From: a virus
Length of the DNA: 64,000 nt
Direction: 5' to 3' (one strand)
Virus record (IMG/VR): IMGVR_UViG_3300045256_000294
Location: 32,001 to 96,000 of that record
Under the pieces are notes generated by a model, which saw nothing but the letters and a program-made list of their open reading frames with translations, was not told where the DNA came from and did no database searches. This document shows, in pieces, positions 1 through 9,861 of the stretch. The position numbers and the translations under genes were made by a program. Numbering within the stretch: the first letter of the stretch is position 1; every line of letters begins with the position of its first letter.

Positions 1-506
1 ATTTTAGTCATCGCCACTTGCTGGGCAATCTGGACCACGGCGATATCAGTGAGAATCAGGTTCCCTTCAGCATCAAGAGCCAGAAAGAACTGTGCCTGAG
101 GTAGCTTGATGTAGTGCATTAGCTCCAAGAACAGTTTCAGATCTTCCTGCACGAAGACGAGGGCTGCCTGGACAAGCCGATCGGTGCTGTCTCCATCCAG
201 GTCGATGTTGTTGCCCTTCCAATCACCGCACAAGACGGCGATTTGGTCCTGCTTGGGGTTCCGGAGGATGAGGACAGCGATGCCATCGTTGCCGTAATGC
301 CGCAGAACATAGCACAGGTGGTCTTTGAGAACGGCCTCGGCGACGGCCATATGCTGCATCTTGGGATACGGCAACACTTTGGGCAAGAAAGTCGGCTTCT
401 TAGCTGGAGCCGGCACTTCTGGCTGCGGTAGGCGTCCACTCTTGACCCCGCCTGAGATCTTGGGGGGCCTAAATGAACCAGAGGCTGATGTTCCGGGTGT
501 AGTCAT
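1..506 (-). CDS. hypothetical protein (runs off the left edge)
   Basis: Open frame from ATG at 506 (MTTPGTSASG...KDHLCYVLRHYG...) to the window edge; not in the ORF track because it has no stop here. Confidence 0.7.
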   Translation of the reverse strand, partial: MTTPGTSASGSFRPPKISGGVKSGRLPQPEVPAPAKKPTFLPKVLPYPKMQHMAVAEAVLKDHLCYVLRHYGNDGIAVLILRNPKQDQIAVLCGDWKGNNIDLDGDSTDRLVQAALVFVQEDLKLFLELMHYIKLPQAQFFLALDAEGNLILTDIAVVQIAQQVAMTK

Positions 507-789
507 GTTGGTGGACCGCAAAAGTTCCGTGTGATGACCCCTGGATCTTCTCCAGGGCGATCTTCCTGGTTTCCTTCTTCATTTCATCCTCTTTCATGGT
601 GAAGAGGAGGAAGGGTATACCAGCGAAGATTACTGACAGTTCACCAGTGTTCTCGTCGAACTCGGCAACGACCCCGAACCACGTACTAAACCACCCCGAC
701 CAGACGAGAGTGTCACCGTACCTAGGGACATACTCGGCAATATCCTTGTACTGAGCCAGGGGCGGCAGATCTGGTCGATTCTTGGCCAT
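469..789 (-). CDS. hypothetical protein
   Basis: 106-aa ORF tightly packed in a minus-strand gene run. Confidence 0.7.
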   Translation of the reverse strand: MAKNRPDLPPLAQYKDIAEYVPRYGDTLVWSGWFSTWFGVVAEFDENTGELSVIFAGIPFLLFTMKEDEMKKETRKIALEKIQGSSHGTFAVHQHDYTRNISLWFI

Positions 790-790
790 G

Positions 791-1306
791 TTAGCTCTGA
801 GTCGGGACGCGGGTCAGTTTGTGCTGGTAGATGTCGTAACGGTACGTGTACCCGTCGGCCAACCGCCAGCAGATCATGATGCCGTCGCGGAAACCCCCCA
901 GCCATTGCTTGATGAGTGGGTCCACCCAACTTGTTCCTTCGGACTGGTAGCCCAGGCGAGCCGGCTTCATGGGGACGCCGTTGACTTCGATTTCCTCCTG
1001 GAGTTCGGCGATTCGGGCAGCCGACTCCATTCTGATCTTGATTACGTCGAGGCCCTCGACCAGCATGTCCCGCTTGCTCTTTGAGCGGGTGTGGGCTTCA
1101 ACCCGATAGGTGACATTCTGATTGTCCTCAGTTGCCACCATGGTGGTACTGAGTGGAATATCCATCTGTCGTGGATTTTTCTTCGGGTCGAGTTCGGCGA
1201 CGAGCCTCTTGATGTCGTCGAAATTCCGGACTTCGGCAGGCTTAAGAACCTGCTGCGGGTCAAGACGAAGGGCCTTCCGAGCCTCCAGCCTGTCCAATGC
1301 TTCCAT
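791..1306 (-). CDS. hypothetical protein
   Basis: 171-aa ORF abutting its neighbours. Confidence 0.7.
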   Translation of the reverse strand: MEALDRLEARKALRLDPQQVLKPAEVRNFDDIKRLVAELDPKKNPRQMDIPLSTTMVATEDNQNVTYRVEAHTRSKSKRDMLVEGLDVIKIRMESAARIAELQEEIEVNGVPMKPARLGYQSEGTSWVDPLIKQWLGGFRDGIMICWRLADGYTYRYDIYQHKLTRVPTQS

Positions 1307-1742
1307 CGTCGCTCACCTGATGCTTGTGCACGAGTTCGATGTCGTACGTCTTGACTCGACCCTTCTTAGTTAGCGAGAAGACGACGTGCAGATAGTTACA
1401 AGTCCGGTGTATGACGAACACCATTAGTAGCCAATTCGCCAGCCAACCAGTCCAGTGACCGGTCGCAAGCCACCACGGAGCGAACAGAGCGGAGCCCATC
1501 GCCACCCACACGCTCATACAATAGCCGCAGGTGAACACATCATTCACAAACCGCCAGAAGGCAGGACCGGGCTTCGGCTCTTCGCCGTCCGGAATCTCCC
1601 TGTCGAAGTCAGGGTTGGCCTTCTTGAATACAAAAGCCCGGAGGCCGTCGGTGATCTTGGCCGCAACCAAGATCTCCGTTACGGCCTCCGTGAAGATCAC
1701 CAGCAACGCGAAACGAAGTAGGTCGATAGCTTCAATAGACAT
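1260..1742 (-). CDS. DUF1360-like membrane protein
   Basis: Hydrophobic helices plus the CGYCMSVW (CxxCxSxW) signature. Confidence 0.65.
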   Translation of the reverse strand: MSIEAIDLLRFALLVIFTEAVTEILVAAKITDGLRAFVFKKANPDFDREIPDGEEPKPGPAFWRFVNDVFTCGYCMSVWVAMGSALFAPWWLATGHWTGWLANWLLMVFVIHRTCNYLHVVFSLTKKGRVKTYDIELVHKHQVSDDGSIGQAGGSEGPSS

Positions 1743-1750
1743 GGCACCCG

Positions 1751-2011
1751 TTAGCTGATGATGAGCCGGCAATTCACGTTACTGCACTGCATGCGTTCCC
1801 GGCCGGCGATTGTCACCACCATTCCAGGATACCCACACTTGGTGCACTGCTGCCTCGGCAAGACGTACTGCCGTTGTACGCTGGCCGGCTGAGCGGTGTT
1901 CTTCTGGCTCAGCTTCCGTTGAATCGGGGCAGACTGCTTGGAAACCTCCGGAGAGGTCACCTGTTGCTTACGAATACGCTGCGGACGATTACCGCCACCA
2001 CAGCATGCCAT
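1751..2011 (-). CDS. small Cys-rich zinc-ribbon protein
   Basis: MACCGGG N-terminus; CTKC...CSNVNC; GAGGAGG RBS. Confidence 0.7.
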   Translation of the reverse strand: MACCGGGNRPQRIRKQQVTSPEVSKQSAPIQRKLSQKNTAQPASVQRQYVLPRQQCTKCGYPGMVVTIAGRERMQCSNVNCRLIIS

Positions 2012-2021
2012 GGCGTCCTCC

Positions 2022-2195
2022 TCAAGCTCGATGTTTGTCCAGATCGTTGGCTGGCTTGGTGGCGACAGTACGAGCAGCGATCTTGCGACTACCGAGCTTG
2101 CGAGGAGTAGAAGCGATCTTGACCGGCGACATACGTGCCGACCCGCTACGTTCCACCCTCAGAATCTGCCCCTTCCCGCACGAGTTGCACCCCAT
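2022..2195 (-). CDS. small basic protein with MGCNSCG N-terminus (57 aa)
   Basis: Translated by hand (MGCNSCGKGQILRVERSG...KHRA); AGGAGG RBS; fills the gap between neighbouring genes. Confidence 0.65.
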   Translation of the reverse strand: MGCNSCGKGQILRVERSGSARMSPVKIASTPRKLGSRKIAARTVATKPANDLDKHRA

Positions 2196-2205
2196 CGCCA
2201 ACCTC

Positions 2206-3111
2206 CTAGGTTTCCTCGTAGCTTTGAGGCGGGGTGATGGGATTCAGGAAAAAGGATTGAGGATCGACATTCGCGGCGAAGTCCTTCCAGCGGCACATCA
2301 CTACTGCCGGGAGTTTCAGCGGCACATACTTGAAATTGGCTTTCTTCTTGGTCCGTACAACGTTGAAAGAGATCTCGCCTAAGTAATCATAGGCGTCAAA
2401 CAGGAAATGGGGAAACCAGACCTCTGGTGGGCACGACCCACAGGAGTAGCAACCTTTACCATCACTCGGATAAGCAATCACACCTTCTGGCGCTGGCCTC
2501 GGTTTCAGTACCCTACCACGGAAAAGGTTGTAGTCCAGAGCCACCCAATTCTGGTTGGGATAGGGCCTGAAAAACATCATCGGATAGAAGACACGACCAA
2601 AGACCTTAGTGACCAACTGGACATCATAGGTGGCTTGGTGCCACCATTCAGTGAACTTGGTACCCTTGGGGTTGTCCATCAAAGCGGCGAAGGTGGAAAC
2701 CTCACCGCATTTGGCCTCAATCGAGCAGTGGATATCACCCTTGACAGGGATCACGTCGGCAGTGCTCTCCCGCTCGATGACCGTCACATCACGACCTTCA
2801 ACCCGCCGACGACGGAACTCCTGCCCCGACCAGTTGGTCAGGTAGTGAGCAATTTGCCGCTCGTGGTCCTTAGAACGACGGACGTTGGACTTCCCGACTC
2901 GCGACTGGTTGGCCTTGATCTCGGCGGCAGTCTTGACCACCTTAGGAGGGGCCTTTGCCGCGAGCAGGCCCTTATACTCGTCAACCTTGTCCGGATGCTG
3001 GTTCTTGACGTGCAATGTCCGTCCCAACGTGCTGGACACGCCGACTTTGCAAAACGGGCATGTTAGTCCGCCGTCCCACTCAATTGCCTGTTCGATATGA
3101 AAGCCATTCAC
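2206..3111 (-). CDS. PD-(D/E)XK Holliday-junction-resolvase-like nuclease with N-terminal C2H2 zinc finger
   Basis: HERQIA...ADVI...IEAK motifs; N-terminal CPFC-x12-H-x4-H. Confidence 0.65.
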   Translation of the reverse strand: MNGFHIEQAIEWDGGLTCPFCKVGVSSTLGRTLHVKNQHPDKVDEYKGLLAAKAPPKVVKTAAEIKANQSRVGKSNVRRSKDHERQIAHYLTNWSGQEFRRRRVEGRDVTVIERESTADVIPVKGDIHCSIEAKCGEVSTFAALMDNPKGTKFTEWWHQATYDVQLVTKVFGRVFYPMMFFRPYPNQNWVALDYNLFRGRVLKPRPAPEGVIAYPSDGKGCYSCGSCPPEVWFPHFLFDAYDYLGEISFNVVRTKKKANFKYVPLKLPAVVMCRWKDFAANVDPQSFFLNPITPPQSYEET

Positions 3112-3137
3112 TGATTAATCTCGGTGTAGATAGCGGT

Positions 3138-3591
3138 ATGAACGAAACCACAATGTGTACTCGCTGTCTCCTCTCGAAAACACGCTCTGAGATGGCCATC
3201 AGATACGAGAAAAAGCAAGCGGACCATTCGGAGCCACTGCCAAGAATGTCAGAAAAGAGCACAGCGAACGTCTACCAACAAAAGTAACCAATATAAAGAT
3301 CGAATTAAAGAGTGGCGTAAAAGCCCAACTCATCGGGCTAACATCCTGGCTGTCTATAATTATTTGGCTGAAAACCATTACGTAGATTGCGGCGAATCTG
3401 ACGAAACAATCCTCGAATTCGACCACATTCAGGGCAAGGAATTCCTAATTAAAAAAGGGCTCCGCCACAAACCGATCGGTGAGGTGTTAGCCGAAATCAA
3501 GAAATGCGTCGTGCGTTGTCCCAATTGTCATAGACGTCGCACATACGCATTCTCGGCCAATTTCGGGCATCGTTCTCAAACTAGCGTCTAA
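3138..3591 (+). pseudogene. frameshifted HNH endonuclease
   Basis: CTRC then, after a frameshift near the A-run at ~3210, HCQEC...LEFDH...CPNCHRRRT; the usual CVDC reads YVDC. Confidence 0.7.
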
Positions 3592-4366
3592 CTCCAAGCC
3601 ACTGCACAAAGCCAATTCGCTCGCGGCCGTTGCTGGGAGTCACGCTGTGGTAGGACGGGTTGTGTTGGTAATTGTTGATGAAAATCCGGTTGTAGGTCGG
3701 AACGATCTGGTCCACCAGAATCAGATCAGCCGCACCCTTAGTCCCATCCTTCCAACCACCACCGGGCGTGCTCGTTCGAATACGCTTGTGTTTGGTTAGG
3801 AAGTCCATCCTACCTTGAGGACGGTTCACTTCATAGGTGCCATGAACAGTCCCGTCCACCTTCTCCCAGAGCTGCAGTAACCCGCCGTCCTCGGCCCGCC
3901 ATCCCTTGTTGAAGTAAGCGATTGCCACCATCGTACGGAAACCGGCGTCAGTGTGAACCCAAAAGCCGTGGGCGTCTTTTTGGTGCCACCGCAGCTTCAC
4001 ATCGGTTTCGGTCGGATACTCCATCTCACAGTGGGTGAGGTAAGCCAAATAGCGGTGCCACTCCTCATCGAAGAAAAGATCAGAACCGACGTGCTCACCC
4101 GGCTTGGCGTAGACGAGGGCTCCGTCGTATGGGAGCCACTCACCGGTACCAGGAGCCCGGCGGTCAAGCTCTTCGTTGAACTGGAGTTTCTTGTGCTGAT
4201 CGACTAGTTCCTGGATCTTATGCTCCAGGAAGAAGTTGTCGAGCACGACGTACTTGGCCCCCGGCTTAGCGGCTACCGCCTCGCGAATATCATGGACACC
4301 TTCGGCACTGAGGTAGATGGGATTGATCCACTGATCGAGAACGGTCGGGATCATATAATCATCCAT
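3581..4366 (-). CDS. 2OG-Fe(II) oxygenase
   Basis: HTD...YFN..W...GGLL...HSV...R facial triad and 2OG-binding Arg. Confidence 0.8.
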   Translation of the reverse strand: MDDYMIPTVLDQWINPIYLSAEGVHDIREAVAAKPGAKYVVLDNFFLEHKIQELVDQHKKLQFNEELDRRAPGTGEWLPYDGALVYAKPGEHVGSDLFFDEEWHRYLAYLTHCEMEYPTETDVKLRWHQKDAHGFWVHTDAGFRTMVAIAYFNKGWRAEDGGLLQLWEKVDGTVHGTYEVNRPQGRMDFLTKHKRIRTSTPGGGWKDGTKGAADLILVDQIVPTYNRIFINNYQHNPSYHSVTPSNGRERIGFVQWLGVRR

Positions 4367-4910
4367 AATGGTGAACTACATGGCACGAATGGCAGAGGCA
4401 GCTAAGACCTTCTATTGGATACCTACCACCCACAGCGTCAGCATACACCTTGGCAGTCAGTCCTCTGAATTCTCTCTGGTGACCGCCGTCACCATGACGA
4501 TGGTGCACAGACAAAATCTCTGACTCGGTAGTATTACACACTTCGCATTTGCCACCTAATTTTTCAATTATGACCTTATGCGATGATACCGATCGCGGCT
4601 TTCTTTAGCACGAGGATGATCCGAGACACTTGGTCGATTAATCACTCGATGGTTACAGTTGCCACATAGTACCCGAAATCCGGCCGGGAATGCATTCTTT
4701 TTCAACCATCGGCACATCACGTTGCCAGATCCGACTATCCTGCGATGAGTATTACCACCTCCACCGATGTGGTCAATGACTAATGCCCCTAGCCTGTTTT
4801 CAGGGCATAGAACACATTGGCATCCACCATAAGCCACTAATACTTCGAGTTTCAGTTTGATACGCCAGAGACGTTATCTCTCTTTGACAGCACCGGCATT
4901 CGCCTTATAA
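4359..4910 (-). pseudogene. degraded double-domain HNH endonuclease
   Basis: AYGG.C..C...IDH...VLCGNCN and GGKC..C...HH...LCHSCH lie in different frames; lower GC than flanks. Confidence 0.65.
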
Positions 4911-4913
4911 TAG

Positions 4914-5663
4914 TTACGAGCTTGGATACGAAGGGCTTGACGGTTTGCTGATCGGTGGCCCATAGCGCTCATCCCTAAATCTCTCTGCTGCCATTTCCCA
5001 ACTAGTGATATGGGTTGGTACTTTAGTACCATCCGGCATCTTACCAGCGAAATAGTCTAGATCTTTACGATAATCTTTTCTGGACCGCTTAGCTAACCAT
5101 TCTGCATGGCCTGGTGGGTGTCCATCCACATATTCTAGCTTTGCCCCAGCAGTAGCCCCCGCTAGTACAAACATCTGGGCGATTGGCTTGCCCTTTGGAA
5201 TCAAGAATTCACCGGATTGGTTGAGCAGGAACACCAGACCGAAATTCCCAACACTCCACCATGCTTCGATAGCAGCTTCCATACAGGTGTATGGGCATGA
5301 TCGCTCATTGGCGATCGACTTGATGATGACGAAATCCCCTGGCTCATCTGTAACGGGGATGAACTTGGCTTGGACTACGAAGGAGCCGAAAGCGGCGTGA
5401 TTGTCAACTTCGTAGTGTGATGATCTCTCGATGTGCTCGATCTGGGCCGGGGCGTGGACATCGCCATTCCAGCGGACGATGAACGTCCCCGGTGATAGGA
5501 TGTAGTATCCAAGATGATTGGCCATCTGGAGCGGTAGGCAGTGCTTGGCATGGTTCTGGGTCTTCTGGTTATCCTCCCACCAGTCCCGAAGCTTAAATGC
5601 CGGGACCGGTGCGAGGGACTTATCGTAACCAGGAGCCAGATATAGGCGGAGTTTGTCACCCAT
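4914..5663 (-). CDS. DUF6065-like protein
   Basis: RDWW...HCLPLQMANHLGY...KGKPIAQ pattern. Confidence 0.6.
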   Translation of the reverse strand: MGDKLRLYLAPGYDKSLAPVPAFKLRDWWEDNQKTQNHAKHCLPLQMANHLGYYILSPGTFIVRWNGDVHAPAQIEHIERSSHYEVDNHAAFGSFVVQAKFIPVTDEPGDFVIIKSIANERSCPYTCMEAAIEAWWSVGNFGLVFLLNQSGEFLIPKGKPIAQMFVLAGATAGAKLEYVDGHPPGHAEWLAKRSRKDYRKDLDYFAGKMPDGTKVPTHITSWEMAAERFRDERYGPPISKPSSPSYPSS

Positions 5664-5666
5664 GCT

Positions 5667-5804
5667 TTAGCTACGTGGGAACTTACGGCCCGCCAGAGAA
5701 ACCATGTCGGCCGCATAACGGGCGGTCCCGAAGATGGCCCTGAGTGAGGCACCATTGCGGAAATCCTGGACAATACTGACCAGCACGCCAGTCTTGCTCG
5801 CCAT
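5667..5804 (-). CDS. small hypothetical protein (45 aa)
   Basis: MASKTGVLVSIVQDFRNG...FPRS fills the gap between neighbours. Confidence 0.45.
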   Translation of the reverse strand: MASKTGVLVSIVQDFRNGASLRAIFGTARYAADMVSLAGRKFPRS

Positions 5805-5817
5805 GGCCACTCACAGA

Positions 5818-6102
5818 TTAGGTGGCGGAGTTCAAGGCACCCTGGTCGTAGGTGACGATCATATTCTGGTCCATGTGGTAGACCACGAAATCCTGAGCCG
5901 CTTCCAGCCGCAGGTAATCATCAACCGTGGGACTACCGGTGGAGTTTGGAGCGTTAGTCGTATCCACGATAATGCGATGCTGGTGCTCGGTCTGGAGCAC
6001 GTCACTGATCTTCGTGGCCGGATCGTTCTTGTTAATCACCTGCCCCGTGTGCTTATTAACGGCGAAGTAGCCGACACGGGCAATGTGGATACCGACTGCC
6101 AT
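5818..6102 (-). CDS. hypothetical protein
   Basis: 94-aa ORF with AGGAG RBS. Confidence 0.7.
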   Translation of the reverse strand: MAVGIHIARVGYFAVNKHTGQVINKNDPATKISDVLQTEHQHRIIVDTTNAPNSTGSPTVDDYLRLEAAQDFVVYHMDQNMIVTYDQGALNSAT

Positions 6103-6104
6103 AA

Positions 6105-6884
6105 TTACTCTCCTGGTTCGCTATCAGCGAGCAAGTGACCCAACCCCAGCCTGTGCACTTCCGCGGCAAGCTCATCGTAGTTGGTCACGCGAGCCTTCAG
6201 GCTGTCCGGGTTCTGCTTTGATAGCTTTGTGGTGAGATGGTATCTCTCCCCAATAAGCCAGTCAAGGACATCTTCAGCCGGCCCCACATTATCTTTAAAG
6301 TCCTCGTACTTGAGCCGCTGTTTGGCCAACTTCAATTCATTGACCCGATCGATCAGGTAAGTCTTTTCGTCCACAATCCGCTTGAGTTCCAGTCCCAGGG
6401 AAGAGACATCCACCTTCACCCTGGCAGTCCGCACATTCCCATCCCAACAGGTCGGTTGACGAGTAGCGATGGTGATGAGATCAGACACATACTGCATAAG
6501 AATGTTATAGCGGAAGCATAGAATTACCGGGATCTTCTCCTCGACCAGAATATCCCAGAATTGCTTCTCGCTCTTGAGCCCCCGGATCTGATGAGCCATG
6601 ATCTTGAAGCCAGAGGCGATATCGCCCCGTTTGCGGCTCTGAATCCATTGTTCAGGCGGGGGCTCCGGGCTCCAGAGGATGTCGAGTGCCCGACGGATGT
6701 TGTTCTGTACCATTGCTTCCGGCATCAGGCAGGTCGAACCCGCCACCGGTCGCATATGGTGGTTGTGCGTTTTGGGGTTGATTGGTTCGACGAGACAGCG
6801 AACCCCTGGATGGCTGTTGAAAAGCGAACACAGCAACGTGGAGCCGGTGCGTGGCTGAGACAGAATAACGAATCGTTTAGCCAT
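6105..6884 (-). CDS. sulfotransferase (Stf0-like)
   Basis: PAPS-binding loop SQPRTGSTLL; GFKIM; R.N.L.QYVS; YEDF. Confidence 0.85.
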   Translation of the reverse strand: MAKRFVILSQPRTGSTLLCSLFNSHPGVRCLVEPINPKTHNHHMRPVAGSTCLMPEAMVQNNIRRALDILWSPEPPPEQWIQSRKRGDIASGFKIMAHQIRGLKSEKQFWDILVEEKIPVILCFRYNILMQYVSDLITIATRQPTCWDGNVRTARVKVDVSSLGLELKRIVDEKTYLIDRVNELKLAKQRLKYEDFKDNVGPAEDVLDWLIGERYHLTTKLSKQNPDSLKARVTNYDELAAEVHRLGLGHLLADSEPGE

Positions 6885-6899
6885 ACCCTACATACGATT

Positions 6900-7169
6900 A
6901 TGAGCGACAACGACATGAACGCTATACTCTGCGATATGCCACAGAGCTTGGAGATAGACGCTTGGCTTAAAGGGGTAATACTATCGCTGAATGGCAGAGG
7001 TGAGACTTATATTGGTATCGATGACCCATACATCATGACCGTCCATTCCCACAATAGCACAGTGGTCGTCCAACACGAAAGAGTCCGGGAGGACTGGTCC
7101 ATTGACCTAGCCGACCCGGACTCTCTTGACAAGTTGGTTGCCGCGGTACGGCTCAGACTAGCGTCTTGA
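6900..7169 (+). CDS. small protein of the dispersed LADP-motif family
   Basis: Ends WSIDLADPDSLDKLVAAV; oriented against its neighbours. Confidence 0.55.
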   Translation: MSDNDMNAILCDMPQSLEIDAWLKGVILSLNGRGETYIGIDDPYIMTVHSHNSTVVVQHERVREDWSIDLADPDSLDKLVAAVRLRLAS

Positions 7170-8013
7170 ACGGCTGCACGAGATCCATGAACTCCTGTTG
7201 TAGGCCGTTCACTTTGTGCTGCATGATGAGCTTGTTCACTTCGGCCTTGTCCCACACAACCGGTTGGGCCAGAACTTTCTGGATGTAGCAGGTATTCGCC
7301 AGGAGCCGGGGACACATCGACAGATCAACGAGAATCAGGTTCCGCCGATAGGTCTGGTGGCCCTTAAGTTCCAGGAATTCAGCCAGGGCGGTGGGGTCCT
7401 TGAGCATGGCCGTGCCCTTAACCGGCCCGATCTGGTTGTAGCCCTCGATTGAGTCGGACTTGTCGCCGACCAGGGCTTTCAGGTGAGCGGGGTTCACGTC
7501 GCCAACTTCTACATCCTCACCCTTAAGGCCGTCTGGCTTGTAGATGCTGCAGCTATTGAATCGGAATGGGACCTGGATCATGTCGGAGTCGTTCGACACA
7601 ATCCAGGTCTTCTTGGGATGCATAACGCTGACGGCGGCGTAGATGAGGTCGTCGGCCTCCATCTCTTTTTTGCGGTACTGGCGGACGCCCATGAACTTGA
7701 AAAAGTCTTGGGCCACGGCGGTGGTACGGGCCAGATTCTCGGCAAGTCCCTCGACGTAGTTGGACGAGGACCGGTCCTTGTAGGTGGGGAGGACCCGTCG
7801 CCGCCAGACGGTTTCGCGGGGGGCGTCCCAGAACACGTGAACGCTGGAGGGCCTCTTCGCATTCATCCAGGCGGCTAACTGCCGTAGGAAAATGACGAAG
7901 TAGTGATACTTGGGGCGGTCGGAGCGGTCGTTCATACCAGCATAGACGGCCCGGTACATGGCGTTCCGTGCGTCTACGAGTAGTGCCGGTCCGGTGTTGG
8001 GGGCTTGCTCCAT
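7153..8013 (-). CDS. 5'-3' exonuclease / flap endonuclease (T4 RNase H-like)
   Basis: LLVD, WD, YK.R, EADD, SNDSD, GDKSD.I.G...IGP motifs. Confidence 0.9.
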   Translation of the reverse strand: MEQAPNTGPALLVDARNAMYRAVYAGMNDRSDRPKYHYFVIFLRQLAAWMNAKRPSSVHVFWDAPRETVWRRRVLPTYKDRSSSNYVEGLAENLARTTAVAQDFFKFMGVRQYRKKEMEADDLIYAAVSVMHPKKTWIVSNDSDMIQVPFRFNSCSIYKPDGLKGEDVEVGDVNPAHLKALVGDKSDSIEGYNQIGPVKGTAMLKDPTALAEFLELKGHQTYRRNLILVDLSMCPRLLANTCYIQKVLAQPVVWDKAEVNKLIMQHKVNGLQQEFMDLVQPFKTLV

Positions 8014-8034
8014 GGCTGGCTTTCAGAGATGAGA

Positions 8035-8064
8035 GCACCAGGGGAGTGCGGACTCCCCTGGTGC
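8035..8064 (-). terminator. perfect 13-bp hairpin downstream of the SSB gene
   Basis: GCACCAGGGGAGT-gcgg-ACTCCCCTGGTGC; the U-tail is weak, so it may be an mRNA-stabilising stem instead. Confidence 0.5.
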
Positions 8065-8076
8065 GAAGTGCGGGCC

Positions 8077-9195
8077 TTACTCGTCGTCGTCTTCGAGTTG
8101 GCTCAGCAGGTTGTCGATGTCCGGATTCGCGGCTTCCTTCTTGCCGGCGGTGACTAGAGCAGGCTTCTCTTCCAGCGGGGCCTCGTCAGCGAGGTCGTCC
8201 GCGGCCGGCTTCTTCGCCGTCGTCGCGGCCTTGGCGGGCTTGACCGGCTCGTCGTCCTCGACGAGCGGAGCGGCCTTCTTGGTTGTGGTGCCAGCCTTGG
8301 AGGTCTGGGTCTGGCCAGTGCCGTCATCCCACTTGCCGGCCGGGGCGGACGACTTGGTGGCGGTGGCCGTCTCGTCTTCGTCGAACCCACCCGACTTCCC
8401 ATCCATGTGGGAGTCGTCGCCGTTGCTCATCACCTGGAAGACCTTCTTGATCTTCTCCATGCTCGGCACTTCGATCTTGGCGAACAGGTCGTGCCGGCTC
8501 TCCAGAAGCTTGGCGATCGCCGTCTCGTTGGGCGAACCGTCGGTGTTGCGGATCATCGGCCGCGGGGTGGCGAGGAACTTCGACGACTTGTACGAGTTGT
8601 TCTTCCCCTGCTTGGTGACCTGCAGTTCGAAGAGGAACGCGTTGTTCTCATCGAAGAACACCCCGAATGCCTCCGGGCTCTCCGGATCACCGGCGTCGTC
8701 ACGCATGAGCGTGGCGGTGCAGATGTCGAGGATGGTCTTGGGGGCGTTGTAGAACATCACCCTGTTGTGGAGGTCTTCCGGGTTCTTCTTCACGGCCGGG
8801 AAGAAGATGTTCATCATATAACACTGGTTCGGCATCCAGGTCTCGATGACCCTCCGCCGCTTTTGGTCGTCCTTGCTAATCTTCTCATCCTTGAGGAGAT
8901 CGAACCCGAACTTGCAGATGGGGCACTCGGTGTCGTCCCAGACCCGCGGGCAGGCGTGCGGCTTGTCGCCGAACCAGTGATTCCCGTGGGTCACGTAAAA
9001 CTGGTCCATCCCCTGCTTGGCCTTGCCACCCTTGATCTGCTCGCCCAGGCCGAAGGGCGGGAGGATAAAGAACTGGTAGCAGATCGGTGGCTGGTTGGGC
9101 TGAGCCTTCTCCGGCCGGAACTCGTCCGGGTCCGAGAACTTGCCCGACATGGCCTGCTTGATCTTCCTGCGAATGGCTTCGACGTCGTAAGGCAT
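8077..9195 (-). CDS. single-stranded DNA-binding protein (T4 gp32-like)
   Basis: ILPP, H..H, CP...CPIC zinc ligands, Y..SKF and acidic tail (LEDDDE); replication context. Confidence 0.8.
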   Translation of the reverse strand: MPYDVEAIRRKIKQAMSGKFSDPDEFRPEKAQPNQPPICYQFFILPPFGLGEQIKGGKAKQGMDQFYVTHGNHWFGDKPHACPRVWDDTECPICKFGFDLLKDEKISKDDQKRRRVIETWMPNQCYMMNIFFPAVKKNPEDLHNRVMFYNAPKTILDICTATLMRDDAGDPESPEAFGVFFDENNAFLFELQVTKQGKNNSYKSSKFLATPRPMIRNTDGSPNETAIAKLLESRHDLFAKIEVPSMEKIKKVFQVMSNGDDSHMDGKSGGFDEDETATATKSSAPAGKWDDGTGQTQTSKAGTTTKKAAPLVEDDEPVKPAKAATTAKKPAADDLADEAPLEEKPALVTAGKKEAANPDIDNLLSQLEDDDE

Positions 9196-9306
9196 CTGTG
9201 CACCTGTTGGTTATGCAACTTTGGGACTGCAACTTACCAGCTTAGCCGCCACAACCCCCCATAGAGGGTTTCTGGTTTCGGGCCGCGGCCGGTCATCTTT
9301 GGCAAA

Positions 9307-9861
9307 TCAGCGTTGGTTGTCCCACTCTTGCTTTTTTAAGCCTAGCAAGGACCTCGCTAGCTCGGCCTTCATTTTGAGGGCCTCAATCATGTGGTACAGT
9401 TTCCCCGCCTGCATCTGAGCATGCTGAAAACCCATCTCCGCCTCGTTCAACCGCTTGTCCGCTTCCACAATCTGCATGAGGACTTTTTCTGCGGGCGGCT
9501 TCCCCACCTCCTTTATGAATTCCTGGGTAACGAGCTTCGTAACCTCGGCCTTCCTAGCCTTGAGCTTCCGCTCGGCGATCGCCACTCCTAGGCGAACTTC
9601 GGAGTAGACTGCTGCCCAAAACGAATATTGGGCCGGCAGGTCCTGCATCTGGAATTCCAGGATGTCAATGTCCAGGTCCAGATCAGGCAGGATATCAACT
9701 TCGACTTCTTTCCTCTTGTTCTTCTGCTCCTCTTCGTCCCACTCCATCACCTGCAGCTTCACATTAAACTTGAAGAGCGTGCTCGTTGCGAGTTCAGTAG
9801 GCAGGTTGGCGTCGATCCACTTCGGCAAGCGATCGTTCTGTGGAATCTTCTTACGAGCCAT
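9307..9861 (-). CDS. UvsY-like recombination mediator
   Basis: Helical protein with PAQYSFW...IEALKMK pattern, adjacent to SSB. Confidence 0.55.
   Translation of the reverse strand: MARKKIPQNDRLPKWIDANLPTELATSTLFKFNVKLQVMEWDEEEQKNKRKEVEVDILPDLDLDIDILEFQMQDLPAQYSFWAAVYSEVRLGVAIAERKLKARKAEVTKLVTQEFIKEVGKPPAEKVLMQIVEADKRLNEAEMGFQHAQMQAGKLYHMIEALKMKAELARSLLGLKKQEWDNQR

Noticed and set aside
8111-9264. Long antisense ORFs over SSB, and similar ones over recA, dnaE, gp47 and folD
   Set aside because: These are shadow frames expected from GC-rich third codon positions and carry no motifs.
9196-9306. T4 gene 32-style autoregulatory leader upstream of the SSB gene
   Set aside because: Only a weak hairpin is visible, with no convincing pseudoknot or unstructured A/U-rich operator.
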